Shown piece by piece: positions 31,990 through 41,828 of a stretch of DNA of 64,000 bases. The stretch spans positions 160,001 through 224,000 of the forward strand of contig CAWDOD010000009.1 in the NCBI GenBank assembly GCA_963803805.1. The letters are read 5' to 3'. Position 1 is the first letter of the stretch. Each line of letters starts with the position of its first letter. The notes beneath the pieces were generated by a model. It did not search any database, was not told the DNA's origin, and worked only from the letters and a program-made list of their open reading frames with translations. The stretch comes from an uncultured cyanobacterium (lineage in GTDB: Bacteria; Cyanobacteriota; Cyanobacteriia; Cyanobacteriales; CAWCAG01). The position numbers and the translations under genes are program-made.

Positions 31990-34242
31990 ATGTGGATAAG
32001 ATTTAAACATCTTTTGTGGGGATGGCGCGGTGTTTGGCTAACTACCCCTAGTATGGCAGCTTTTGTCATCCTGTTTCGCTTCACAGGTTTGCTTCAACCT
32101 TGGGAGTTAGGAGCATATGATCAATATATGCGCTTACGTCCTCAATTGCCCCAGGATGAACGTATTGTTATTGTGGGTATTGATGAAGCGGATTTGCAAG
32201 AAATTGGTCAAGGAATAATTCCTGACAATATTTATGCCCAACTCCTAGAAAAAATTAAAGCTCAGAAACCAAGGGCGATTGGTTTTGATATTTACCGTGA
32301 TTTACCTGTCCCCCCTGGTGAAGATGAATTAGTTAAGGTATTTGAGTCTACAGATAATTTAGTCGGTATTGAAAAAGTTGTTGGGGACAGCAGAAGGGAA
32401 ACCGTTGCCCCACCACCAGTTTTAGCTCGAAAGGGTCAAGTGGGAGCAAATGATCTGGTTACTGATACTGGACAAACTGTGAGAAGAGCTTTGTTATCTT
32501 TATACCCAGAAGATAGAGAAGTTGTTTATAGTTTTGGTTTTTATCTAGCTTTACTTTACTTGGATGCTGAAGGTATTAGTCCAGAAGATTTAGATGAAAG
32601 TGGAGATATTTGGCGACTTGGAGATTCGGTTTTTTCTCCTTTGGAAAGTTACGACGGTAGTTATGCAAATACTGATGCTGGGGGCTATCAAATCTTACTT
32701 AACTATCGGGGTGCTAAGGCTAAGTTTCCTACCTACTCTTTAACCGATGTTCTCAATGATAAAGTACCAAAAAATTGGGGACGTGATCGCATCGTCATGA
32801 TTGGTGCAGTAGGAGAAAGTTTTAATGATAATTTCTTTACGCCCTTTTCTGGGGGATTATTTATTAGTCCTGAACCTATGCCAGGGGTAGAAATACACGC
32901 CCAACTTACTAGCCAAATCCTCAGTGCCGCTTTAAATAATCGTCCTTTAATTAGTACTTTATCTGAACTCTTAGAAGTATTGTGGATTCTATTTTGGTCT
33001 GGAGTTGGTAGTATTATTTTTTGGCAAGGGCGTTATGCAAGTCAGCGCAAATATTTCTTGATTGTCAAATTTTTCGGCGTTATTATTGCGATAATAGTAT
33101 TAGTAACCAGCACTTACTTAGCTTTTCTTCATAGCTGGTGGTTGCCAGTTGTACCACCTTTTTTAGCTTTAGTTGGTTCTGGAGTTGCAATTACTGCCTA
33201 TGTGGCCCAGAATGCTGGTAAGATTCGCTCCACCTTTGGGCGTTATCTCACTAATGAAGTTGTAGCTAACTTGTTAGAAAATCCTCAAGGTTTAGAGTTA
33301 GGAGGAAAGCGACAAAAGATAACCATGCTAACCTCAGACTTGAGGGGTTTCACTGCCTTGTCTGAGCGTCTTTCTTCTGAAGAAGTTGTAAAAATTCTTA
33401 ACATCTATCTCCAAGAAATGTTAGAAGAAATTGCTAATTATCGCGGAACTATAGATAAATTCATGGGAGATGGCATACTTGTACTTTTCGGTGTTCCTAC
33501 TCCTAAAAAAGATGATGCCCAAAGAGCAATTGCTTGTGGAATTGCTATGCAATTAGCGATGACTAAGGTCAATGCCAAAATGAAGCAAATAGCTGGCCCT
33601 ATTTTGGAAATGGGCATTGGTATTAATACAGGAGAATGTGTAGCTGGAAATATTGGTTCAGAAAAACATACTGAATATACAGTTATTGGCAACCAGGTAA
33701 ATCTCACCTTCCGCATTGAAACCTATACCACTGGAAGTCAGATTCTTATTTCTGAAACTACTTTAGAAGAAACGGGACATTCTTTATTAAAAATCAATAG
33801 CGAGAAATGGGTACAACCTAAAGGAGTAAAAAAGCCCATTGCTATTTATGAAGTAGGAGGAATAGCAGGAGAATATAACCTATTTATTGAGAAGGAAGAA
33901 GAGTTATTTGTACCTATTCCAGTAGAAATTCCGTTACTTTATCAAGTTGTTTCTGGTAAGCAACTTCATGAAACTATTTTCAAAGGTAGCCTAGTTAAAA
34001 TCTCTGCTAAGGGAGCAGAAATTCGTGCTGAAAAGGGTGTAATTAATTCTGTTCCTACGCCTTTAAGCAACATCAAACTGAACTTATTACAAAAAGGCGA
34101 GCTTGCAGAAGTTAGTGAAGATATTTATGCTAAAGTTTTAGAAGAAACAAGCTCAGAAAGAACCTTCTGCATCAAGTTCACCTCTACACCTCCTGAAGTA
34201 TCAGAAAGATTGGATGCTCTTTATAAGTTTCTGACAAATTGA
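31990..34242 (+). CDS. CHASE2-domain class III adenylate cyclase
   Basis: CHASE2 (IVIVGIDE, IGFDIYRD, PGVEIHAQ), TM helices, cyclase motifs SDLRGFT, IDKFMGDG, YTVIGNQVNLTFRIE (Lys/Thr ATP-specifying and Asn/Arg catalytic positions). Start probably ATG 31990. Confidence 0.88.
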   Translation: MWIRFKHLLWGWRGVWLTTPSMAAFVILFRFTGLLQPWELGAYDQYMRLRPQLPQDERIVIVGIDEADLQEIGQGIIPDNIYAQLLEKIKAQKPRAIGFDIYRDLPVPPGEDELVKVFESTDNLVGIEKVVGDSRRETVAPPPVLARKGQVGANDLVTDTGQTVRRALLSLYPEDREVVYSFGFYLALLYLDAEGISPEDLDESGDIWRLGDSVFSPLESYDGSYANTDAGGYQILLNYRGAKAKFPTYSLTDVLNDKVPKNWGRDRIVMIGAVGESFNDNFFTPFSGGLFISPEPMPGVEIHAQLTSQILSAALNNRPLISTLSELLEVLWILFWSGVGSIIFWQGRYASQRKYFLIVKFFGVIIAIIVLVTSTYLAFLHSWWLPVVPPFLALVGSGVAITAYVAQNAGKIRSTFGRYLTNEVVANLLENPQGLELGGKRQKITMLTSDLRGFTALSERLSSEEVVKILNIYLQEMLEEIANYRGTIDKFMGDGILVLFGVPTPKKDDAQRAIACGIAMQLAMTKVNAKMKQIAGPILEMGIGINTGECVAGNIGSEKHTEYTVIGNQVNLTFRIETYTTGSQILISETTLEETGHSLLKINSEKWVQPKGVKKPIAIYEVGGIAGEYNLFIEKEEELFVPIPVEIPLLYQVVSGKQLHETIFKGSLVKISAKGAEIRAEKGVINSVPTPLSNIKLNLLQKGELAEVSEDIYAKVLEETSSERTFCIKFTSTPPEVSERLDALYKFLTN

Positions 34243-34312
34243 ATGAAATGAGTTGGCCCTGGGGTTAAGGCAAATAATGACCATGAATGCTTAAGTAGCA
34301 GAGGACTGAGGA

Positions 34313-34355
34313 TAAGCTGTTACGTATCTAAACAACATAAATGCCTGACAGCTTA
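34313..34355 (-). mobile_element. Minimal 43-bp member of the TAAGCTG...CAGCTTA MITE-like family
   Basis: Reverse complement begins taagctgtcaggcattta, identical to the copies at 44905 and 54481, and ends cagctta. Confidence 0.65.
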
Positions 34356-37300
34356 TCAAGCTAAGCTAACGCCGTGAATGGGAATTTCTACTATGAACTC
34401 TGCACCTTTTCCTGGTTCAGAGATACAGATAATATTACCCTGATGACGCTCTACAACAATTTGATAACTGATAGACAAACCCAAACCTGTCCCTTTGCCG
34501 ATTGGTTTGGTAGTAAAAAAAGGATCGAATAACTTAGAAGTAACTTCTGCTGTCATACCAGGGCCGTTGTCTTTAATACTAATAGCAACCCAATTTTTAT
34601 TAAGTAAGGTATGGATATGAATATGAGGAATTGGGTGGTTTTGTTGATCTAGAGCATCAATAGCATTAGATAAGAGATTCATGAAAACTTGGTTGATCTG
34701 TCCTGCATGGCAAGTGATAGGAGGTAAATCATCATATTCTTTGGTAATTTTAATCTCACTTCTACTATTTTTGCCCGATGAAAAACGTAAACGACTTTGC
34801 AAAATTAATAAGGTGTTATCCAAACCTTCATGTAAATCAACTTCTTTAGCCCCTGATTCGTCTAAGCGAGAGAAGTTACGTAGAGAAAGAATAATTTGGC
34901 GAATGCGATCTGCACCCATTTTCATTGAGCCTAACAATTTAGGCAGATCGGACTTAACAAAGTCCCAATCTATTTCTTCCTTTACTTGGTCAATTATTGG
35001 TGCAGGATTAGGATAGTTAGTTTCCCAAAGACTGAGAAGTTTTAGCAAATCATAAGCGTACTCGCTGGCATGGGTAAGATTGCCATAAATAAAGTTAACC
35101 GGGTTGTTAATTTCATGGGCAACTCCTCCAACCATCTGCCCTAAGCTAGACATTTTTTCACTTTGAATTAATTGAGCTTGGGTGCGTCTAAGTTCATGTA
35201 AAGTTTGTTCGATTTTCTCAGCTTGAGCTTGCGCTTTAATAGTTGCTTCTTTACTTTGGTTATAGAGTTCTGCTTGTTCAATGGCGATCGCAACTGGAGT
35301 AGCTAGGGCCTTGAGAAGTTTTACTTGACTTTTAGCCCAAGGACGAGAGCTACTACAGCGAATACAAGCAATTACCCCCACTTGACCTTGTTGAGTTCGA
35401 GTTGGGACTGCTAATAAAGATTTATAGGTCAAAGCCTGAAAAAATTGCCGCATAGGTTGATTTTTCACCCTAGCAAAGTCATCAATTTGAATTAATTCTC
35501 TTTGGAAAATTTCTTCAGTCCACTCACCAATTTCAGAAGCAGGATAAATACCGAGTTGGTTCGGAATACCCTCAGCTTTTGATTGAGTGACAATCTGCCA
35601 AAAGGGTTGTTCAACATCTTTTCTATACCAAAGAAATATACATAAATCGATAGCAAATAATTCTCTGATTTGGGTGACTGTAGTTTGTAAAATTGTCGCG
35701 AGATTTAGGGATGTACGAATTTGACTGACTACAGAATTAAAAAGTTTTTCCCGTTGAGCAATTTCCCGATAGCGAGCTTCTGAAAGTTCGATTTGTCGTT
35801 GAGCTTGTTTCTTAGCAGTAGAATCTACTGCTAGTCCAATAATACCTGTCACTTGCTCATTGCGGTCTTTAATCTTAGCTTTGATAACCTCTAACTCGTG
35901 GTATTTACCATCAACAAAAGGAAGAGTTTCTTCAGAAAAACAAGGTTTTTCTTGGGCTAAACAAGCTGAATCTGAGACTATACAGTTGGCGGCTTCTGGC
36001 TCTCCCAGAATTTCTTTATAGTGGCTAGCTTGCAAAAATCTTGACTCAGGAACCCCAACATTTTTACAAAAAGTCTTGTTAACAAATTGTATTTTTCCTT
36101 TGGTATCTGTCATCCAAATCCAAATAGGAGCATTATCTAATAAAGCTTTTAAGGTTTGTTTTTGTTCTTCTAAAAGATTCTCTGCCCGCTTACGTTCAGT
36201 TATATCTACGCCAATACTCCAAGATGCCCAACCAGGAATGGGAAATTTGTCAGAAATATTCGACCAAGCAACAGTTCTAGGAGAGTTATCTTTAGCAGTC
36301 ATTTCCCATTCCCAACTGCGATAATTTTTCTCCTTTTGTTGCCATTGACTCAACATAAAATCGTGATAACTAGATTCTGGATAAAGTTTAGTCAAGACAT
36401 CAGGTTGATTAACAATTTCCTGGGCAGAATAACCTGTAACTCTTTCACATTCTTTGTTCCAAACGATAAAGTTACCAGACTCGTCTATTGCATCCATCAT
36501 GACAGGCATATTTTCAATAACGGAGCGTAGTTTCTGTTCTTGCTGTTTTAAGGCAATTTCTCCTTTTTGGCGTTCTGTGACATCAAGAATTAAGGAGAGA
36601 ACAGATTCAAGCTGACCTGAATTATCAAGAGAAACGGAGTTGTACCATTCGCAATAAACGACGGAGCCTTCTTTGGTGTAGTTACGGTTAAGAATAGTGT
36701 TATGGGGTTGGCTACCATTAATCAGATTAGCTATGATATCCTCAACCTGTTTGAGATCCTCTGAAAAAATGAATTGCCATTGATCCGGGTTTTTTCCTAT
36801 GACCTCTTGAGGTTGCCAACCAAAAATTTCTACAGCTTTTTTTGACCAACGCTTAACGCGAAAATCATTGTCCCATTCAATAACCGCTACAGGGGAGTTT
36901 TCAACGTGAAAGTTCAATTGTTGGAGAGCTTGTTTAAGTTGTTCTGATGTTTGCTTACGTTCTTTAATCTCTTTTTCTAAAAGTTGATTAGCTTGTTGCA
37001 TTTGCTCTGGACTTGGTAAAGCTAGAGCTTTGGGTAATAAAATAACTAACAGTACAGCCGTTATCAGAGAAATGCTAGCTGTCACTGCCTCAACAAATCC
37101 TGATAGCCAATAGGTAGGATGCCAAAGAGTCCAGATATTAAGAATATGACCAGTGCCGCAAGCAATAATAAAAGCAGCGAACAACTGAAAAATCCAGTGA
37201 AAAGGAATATCAGGACGCTTGCGCAGAAAATAAATAATAGTGATGGGAATAGAATAATAAGATAGAGCCGTTACAGCATCGCTTACCCAATGAAGCCTCA

Positions 37301-37382
37301 TTAAACTTGGTTGCCAGAGATAGCAGTTACCGTGGGGCATATAAGAAACGATTGCTAACAGACTAGCGGTTAAATCAAACAT
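34356..37382 (-). CDS. Histidine kinase with ETR1-type ethylene-binding TM domain, three PAS and one GAF
   Basis: SDAVTALSYYSIP...FIIACGTGH N-terminus; QSEKMSSLGQMVGGVAHEINNP H-box; QVFMNLLSNAIDA; DNGPGM; GKGTGLGL. Confidence 0.88.
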   Translation of the reverse strand: MFDLTASLLAIVSYMPHGNCYLWQPSLMRLHWVSDAVTALSYYSIPITIIYFLRKRPDIPFHWIFQLFAAFIIACGTGHILNIWTLWHPTYWLSGFVEAVTASISLITAVLLVILLPKALALPSPEQMQQANQLLEKEIKERKQTSEQLKQALQQLNFHVENSPVAVIEWDNDFRVKRWSKKAVEIFGWQPQEVIGKNPDQWQFIFSEDLKQVEDIIANLINGSQPHNTILNRNYTKEGSVVYCEWYNSVSLDNSGQLESVLSLILDVTERQKGEIALKQQEQKLRSVIENMPVMMDAIDESGNFIVWNKECERVTGYSAQEIVNQPDVLTKLYPESSYHDFMLSQWQQKEKNYRSWEWEMTAKDNSPRTVAWSNISDKFPIPGWASWSIGVDITERKRAENLLEEQKQTLKALLDNAPIWIWMTDTKGKIQFVNKTFCKNVGVPESRFLQASHYKEILGEPEAANCIVSDSACLAQEKPCFSEETLPFVDGKYHELEVIKAKIKDRNEQVTGIIGLAVDSTAKKQAQRQIELSEARYREIAQREKLFNSVVSQIRTSLNLATILQTTVTQIRELFAIDLCIFLWYRKDVEQPFWQIVTQSKAEGIPNQLGIYPASEIGEWTEEIFQRELIQIDDFARVKNQPMRQFFQALTYKSLLAVPTRTQQGQVGVIACIRCSSSRPWAKSQVKLLKALATPVAIAIEQAELYNQSKEATIKAQAQAEKIEQTLHELRRTQAQLIQSEKMSSLGQMVGGVAHEINNPVNFIYGNLTHASEYAYDLLKLLSLWETNYPNPAPIIDQVKEEIDWDFVKSDLPKLLGSMKMGADRIRQIILSLRNFSRLDESGAKEVDLHEGLDNTLLILQSRLRFSSGKNSRSEIKITKEYDDLPPITCHAGQINQVFMNLLSNAIDALDQQNHPIPHIHIHTLLNKNWVAISIKDNGPGMTAEVTSKLFDPFFTTKPIGKGTGLGLSISYQIVVERHQGNIICISEPGKGAEFIVEIPIHGVSLA

Positions 37383-37614
37383 AAAGGAGCAACAACAATT
37401 TTTTACCTTGATTTATCATTCACCCTTGGCTTATAAGCACATACCGAAGTGAAGCAACAAATGTACCCCTCAAAAATACTAAAAAAGAGTTAGTTAGCTT
37501 AATCTACCTCTTAAGTTATACTTGATACTTCCCCTTCTTTGCTGTTTCATGAATGACTAAAGTTAAGATACTTATCTATAATTTTGCCCGAATAATTTTT
37601 ATTTAAACGAAAGA

Positions 37615-39240
37615 ATGTCCTCTGAAATTTCCCCTAACTTGCAAACAGCCGTCGAAAGTCGGCGCAACTTTGCAATTATTTCTCACCCTGATGCTGGTAA
37701 AACAACCCTGACCGAAAAACTTTTGCTTTATGGAGGAGCAATTCATCAAGCTGGGGCTGTGAAAGCCCGTCGAAGTCAGCGTAAAGCTACATCTGACTGG
37801 ATGGAGATGGAGCAACAAAGAGGTATTTCTATTACCTCTACGGTATTGCAATTTGATTACCAGGATTATCAAATCAATTTACTCGATACACCAGGACACC
37901 AAGATTTTAGCGAGGATACCTATCGAACTTTAGCAGCGGCAGATAATGCGGTAATGTTAATCGATGCAGCTAAAGGTTTAGAACCTCAAACGCGGAAATT
38001 GTTTGAAGTTTGTCAGATGCGATCGCTGCCAATTTTTACTTTTGTGAATAAGTTGGATCGCCCAGGGAGAGAGCCTTTAGAGTTGCTTGATGAAATTGAG
38101 CAGGAGTTGGGTTTACAAACCTATGCAGTAAATTGGCCCATTGGTATGGGGGATCGCTTTAAAGGGGTTTTTGATCGTCGTCAGCAAAAAGTCCATTTAT
38201 TTGAACGCCAAGCCCACGGGAGCAAGGAAGCCAAGGATACGATCCTTAACTGGGGAGATCCTCATCTTGAAGAAGTATTAGAACCAGAACTTTATAATCA
38301 ACTTAAAGAAGATTTAGAAATCCTCGAAGAAATTGGCTTGCCCCTAGATTTAGAAGCAATTCATACAGGAAAAATGACTCCTGTTTTTTTTGGGAGTGCG
38401 ATGACTAATTTTGGGGTGCAGTTGTTCTTAGATGCTTTCTTAGAGTATTCCCTGCAACCAGAACCTCGTAACTCTTCTCTAGGAGAAATTCCTCCTACCT
38501 ATCCAGAATTTAGCGGTTTTATTTTCAAATTACAAGCCAATATGGACTCTAAACATAGGGATAGGGTGGCTTTTGTACGAGTTTGTACAGGCAAGTTTGA
38601 GAAAGATATGAGTGTTAAACACGCCCGTACAGGTAAAAGTATTCGCCTCTCCCGTCCCCAAAAACTTTTTGCTCAAGGTAGGGAATCGTTGGAAGAAGCT
38701 TATCCTGGGGATGTGATTGGTTTGAATAATCCTGGGGTTTTTGCTATTGGCGATACCATTTACCAAGGGCCAAAAATTGAGTATGAAGGGATTCCTTGTT
38801 TTTCTCCGGAAATATTTGCCTATGTGAAAAATCCTAACCCTTCTAAGTTTAAGCAATTCCATAAAGGGATTACAGAATTAAGGGAAGAAGGTGCGGTACA
38901 AATTATGTATTCTGCGGATGAGTTTAAGCGTGATCCCATACTTGCTGCGGTGGGGCAGTTACAATTTGAAGTGGTTCAGTTTCGCCTTAAAAATGAATAT
39001 GGAGTAGAAACCAAGTTAGAACTTTTGCCCTACAGCGTAGCACGTTGGGTAGCGGGTGGCTGGGAAGCTTTAGAAGAGGCAGGGCGGTTGTTTAATACAG
39101 AAGTTGTGAAGGATAATTGGGGTAGACCTGTACTATTATTTCGTAATCAGTGGAATGTGGATCAGATTAAGGGAGATTTTCCAGAGTTAGAGTTAACAAG
39201 TATTGCTCCAGTAGGGGCAGGTTTGCAACCGGAAAAGTAA
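37615..39240 (+). CDS. prfC: Peptide chain release factor 3
   Basis: [49 protein letters not shown]. Confidence 0.98.
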   Translation: MSSEISPNLQTAVESRRNFAIISHPDAGKTTLTEKLLLYGGAIHQAGAVKARRSQRKATSDWMEMEQQRGISITSTVLQFDYQDYQINLLDTPGHQDFSEDTYRTLAAADNAVMLIDAAKGLEPQTRKLFEVCQMRSLPIFTFVNKLDRPGREPLELLDEIEQELGLQTYAVNWPIGMGDRFKGVFDRRQQKVHLFERQAHGSKEAKDTILNWGDPHLEEVLEPELYNQLKEDLEILEEIGLPLDLEAIHTGKMTPVFFGSAMTNFGVQLFLDAFLEYSLQPEPRNSSLGEIPPTYPEFSGFIFKLQANMDSKHRDRVAFVRVCTGKFEKDMSVKHARTGKSIRLSRPQKLFAQGRESLEEAYPGDVIGLNNPGVFAIGDTIYQGPKIEYEGIPCFSPEIFAYVKNPNPSKFKQFHKGITELREEGAVQIMYSADEFKRDPILAAVGQLQFEVVQFRLKNEYGVETKLELLPYSVARWVAGGWEALEEAGRLFNTEVVKDNWGRPVLLFRNQWNVDQIKGDFPELELTSIAPVGAGLQPEK

Positions 39241-39262
39241 TAAGTAAAGAACAAACTTTTTC

Positions 39263-39859
39263 CTATTCCCTTAGTAATCTACTTTTCTTTGTTAGCATAA
39301 CTAAACGCAGTATCATTGCCGCAATTAGTAAAGCTACAAAGGGTAAATAAATACTTAGAGAAATGTTTAGCCTTGTAGCAAAAGAATAGGTAAAAGCTAT
39401 CCAAAGATAATACATTCCGACTGTATGTAAAATCTTCCAAACTTGGGGACTTAAGAGAGTTGCAATGGGTCTAAATGAAGTTGCAGTCATAGCTGCAATA
39501 AAGATATACCCTAAAGTTCCGCCATGGTCGAATTCATAAGCTTCTCCGGAAGTTATGATAACTAAGCCGACAATGGTTAGGGCATGATAGCCATGGGAAA
39601 TGGCGAAAGAAATTCCTAAATAGCGGCGATTTTTAAGTAACCATTTAGTCAATTTATTTGAGTTTATTTTAGGTAGAGTTGAAGCAATAAAGGCAGATAA
39701 AAATAAAAGACAAGAAGTTCTTGCTGTTAACCGAATAGCAACGCGCATCCCTAATTCATTAATACCTTGAACTATGAAAATGACGGCTAAAATAGCGGCG
39801 ATCGCTAATGCAGATAAAGTAACAAGGTTCCATCCTTGGTAAGCAGATTTAGTGTTCAT
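39263..39859 (-). CDS. Ferric-reductase-like (MsrQ/YedZ-type) heme membrane protein
   Basis: NRRYLGISFAISHGYH, MTATSF, WKILHTVGMYY. Start probably ATG 39859. Confidence 0.7.
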   Translation of the reverse strand: MNTKSAYQGWNLVTLSALAIAAILAVIFIVQGINELGMRVAIRLTARTSCLLFLSAFIASTLPKINSNKLTKWLLKNRRYLGISFAISHGYHALTIVGLVIITSGEAYEFDHGGTLGYIFIAAMTATSFRPIATLLSPQVWKILHTVGMYYLWIAFTYSFATRLNISLSIYLPFVALLIAAMILRLVMLTKKSRLLRE

Positions 39860-39864
39860 AGTTA

Positions 39865-40206
39865 TCAATTTGCAGCAATGCATTGTTTTGATTGAGTCTC
39901 AAGGTTTAGTTCTCGAATATAGAGAAAAAGCGGCAAACTTAAAGATAAACCTACTGACAAATTCAAAACCACATAAACCCACAGATAATTCATCTTTAGG
40001 CGTGTACCTTCTTTGAAAAGAAATACCCAAAAAGCTAAACTAGAAATTAAGATATCAAAACTAATATCTCTAGCAACATAATTGGCAAAAGATTGTTGAA
40101 AAAAGAGCGGTAAATCTATACCAAAATTCCTAAAGAAAGGTAGAAGTTGTGAGTAGGGTAAAATTGTCCCTGCTAGACAAAGAAAGAGATAAAAATAGCG
40201 CAACAT
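39865..40206 (-). CDS. DUF2834-like small membrane protein
   Basis: GTILPYSQ, FFQQSFAN, DILIS, VGLSLSLPLFLYIRE. Confidence 0.7.
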   Translation of the reverse strand: MLRYFYLFLCLAGTILPYSQLLPFFRNFGIDLPLFFQQSFANYVARDISFDILISSLAFWVFLFKEGTRLKMNYLWVYVVLNLSVGLSLSLPLFLYIRELNLETQSKQCIAAN

Positions 40207-40245
40207 AATCAAATATGGCCAATAAAATTGCTTAAGTACTTATTG

Positions 40246-40307
40246 AGTTTAGCAGGGCTATTTTCCCTTTGTCTTTCCTTATCTTCCTGAAAATGTTCTG
40301 ATCTTCC
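40246..40307 (-). promoter_or_regulatory. Probable AraC-activated promoter
   Basis: GGAAGAT direct repeats 20 nt apart (40281-87 and 40301-07), upstream of a TAAACT -10 (40246-51). Confidence 0.5.
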
Positions 40308-40313
40308 CAACAA

Positions 40314-41195
40314 TTACAGACTGTTACGATAAACCTTGGGAGTTGTCTTCGTATATTGGCGAAAAACTCTGGTGAAGTGACTTTGATTTTGAAAACCAAC
40401 TTGATGACACACTTGAATAATAGTTAACTGTTGGTTTGCCAATAACTGTTTCGCTTTGTCAATACGACACTTTGTTAAGTATTGATGGGGAGGTATGCCT
40501 GTGGATTCTTTAAACAAACTGGCGAAGTAATGAGAACTCATTTGTACTGCTGCTGCCATTTCAGTTAAGCTAATATTCTGGTCTAAATGGTCATGAATAT
40601 AGGCGATCGCCTCTTTTAAACAGGCTTTAGGCAAACCCCCTGGATAAGTTTTAATTTCTTTTTTTAAGCTAGAGTAGCGTTGTAATAAATGAACTGAGAG
40701 TGCAGCAGCCATTGATTCTGCATACAGTTTGCTATCTGAACCTCCTATTGCTAATTCTGCTTTTAAAGCTAGTCCCATTTGTTGAATTAAAGGATCACGT
40801 AGCTTGAAGTTTGGTTGCAACTCAATGTTTGTTGTATAAGCTTTTTCCCAAGCAACCTTATTAAAGGTTTCAGGTTCTAAAAAAAGCTCAATCAAACCGA
40901 CTTCCCTATCTGTTTGTACTCTAGGAAAGACTGTACCAACCGGAGAAAGAAGCAGATCTCCTTCTGTATAATCCTGTGTTTGCCAGTATCCATCTAGTTT
41001 GTAACTAACTCGAACCTCTCCTTGGCAAATAACCAGCATATGCTGATCCAAAACCGTTTCTGGCATTTCCCCAGCAGGTTCATTTTCATAAATAAGCTGC
41101 ATTCCCTTCCACCCTGCATTCTCACTGGAAAGTAGATGCAGATGTTCAACATATTCGCCTTGCAGATCAAGGGTTTGAGGAATTTCTTCTGACAT
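40314..41195 (-). CDS. AraC-family transcriptional regulator
   Basis: C-terminal double HTH: MSSHYFASLFKESTG...VGFQNQSHFTRVFRQYTKTTPKVYR. Confidence 0.93.
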   Translation of the reverse strand: MSEEIPQTLDLQGEYVEHLHLLSSENAGWKGMQLIYENEPAGEMPETVLDQHMLVICQGEVRVSYKLDGYWQTQDYTEGDLLLSPVGTVFPRVQTDREVGLIELFLEPETFNKVAWEKAYTTNIELQPNFKLRDPLIQQMGLALKAELAIGGSDSKLYAESMAAALSVHLLQRYSSLKKEIKTYPGGLPKACLKEAIAYIHDHLDQNISLTEMAAAVQMSSHYFASLFKESTGIPPHQYLTKCRIDKAKQLLANQQLTIIQVCHQVGFQNQSHFTRVFRQYTKTTPKVYRNSL

Positions 41196-41276
41196 GAATT
41201 ATTAGGGAAACCTTCAGTCATTCATTCTAAACCTAGATCAATTGCCCCACAAAATGTTATATTTTATAAATGTTGC

Positions 41277-41350
41277 GGCGAGCGTGGCCAAGTGGTTAAG
41301 GCAGTGGATTGTGATTCCACCATTCGCGGGTTCAAGTCCCGTCGTTCGCC
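41277..41350 (+). tRNA. trnH: tRNA-His (GUG)
   Basis: Acceptor GCGAGCG/CGTTCGC, encoded G-1 at 41277 opposite discriminator C, anticodon arm GTGGA-TT-GTG-AT-TCCAC, T-loop TTCAAGT; CCA not encoded. Confidence 0.97.
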
Positions 41351-41568
41351 CTGTTTGAAATGAGAGCAAGCTAATGGCTAGTTGCTAAAATCTTATATTT
41401 GGTGAGGATATTTTATTTATTGGAGTTCTCTAAATCCAATGAGTTTCTGTAAAGCACCATAGGCCATTTAGCCTGCTTTGCTTATTTTTCTTCAGCTAAA
41501 TGGCTGTTGCCTTCAAGAGTTATTTTCCTTTACATTAGGTTTGTATTCTCTAACCAAGGGCAGCAATC

Positions 41569-41820
41569 GTGAACTACCAAAATCTAGAACTATGCTTTCA
41601 GAATAGTAGTACTTCTTTGACCCAAATTAGAGAAACTTTAGAAGTAGAATTAGACGCACTTGAACAAGAACTACTCGTAGCGGAAATTAATTGTCGTACG
41701 AATCCCCAGAGCAAATGTTGCCAAATATTACCACAATTAAGACAGAAAGTTGAAGTTGCCAGCAAAAAATACTTTCAAAAATGGGGCGAGATTTATCGCC
41801 AAGAGTTAGAACTTGTTTAG
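41569..41820 (+). CDS. Small hypothetical helical protein
   Basis: 83-aa GTG-start ORF with coiled-coil-like composition and three clustered Cys; no family recognised. Confidence 0.45.
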   Translation: MNYQNLELCFQNSSTSLTQIRETLEVELDALEQELLVAEINCRTNPQSKCCQILPQLRQKVEVASKKYFQKWGEIYRQELELV

Positions 41821-41828
41821 TTTTAGTT

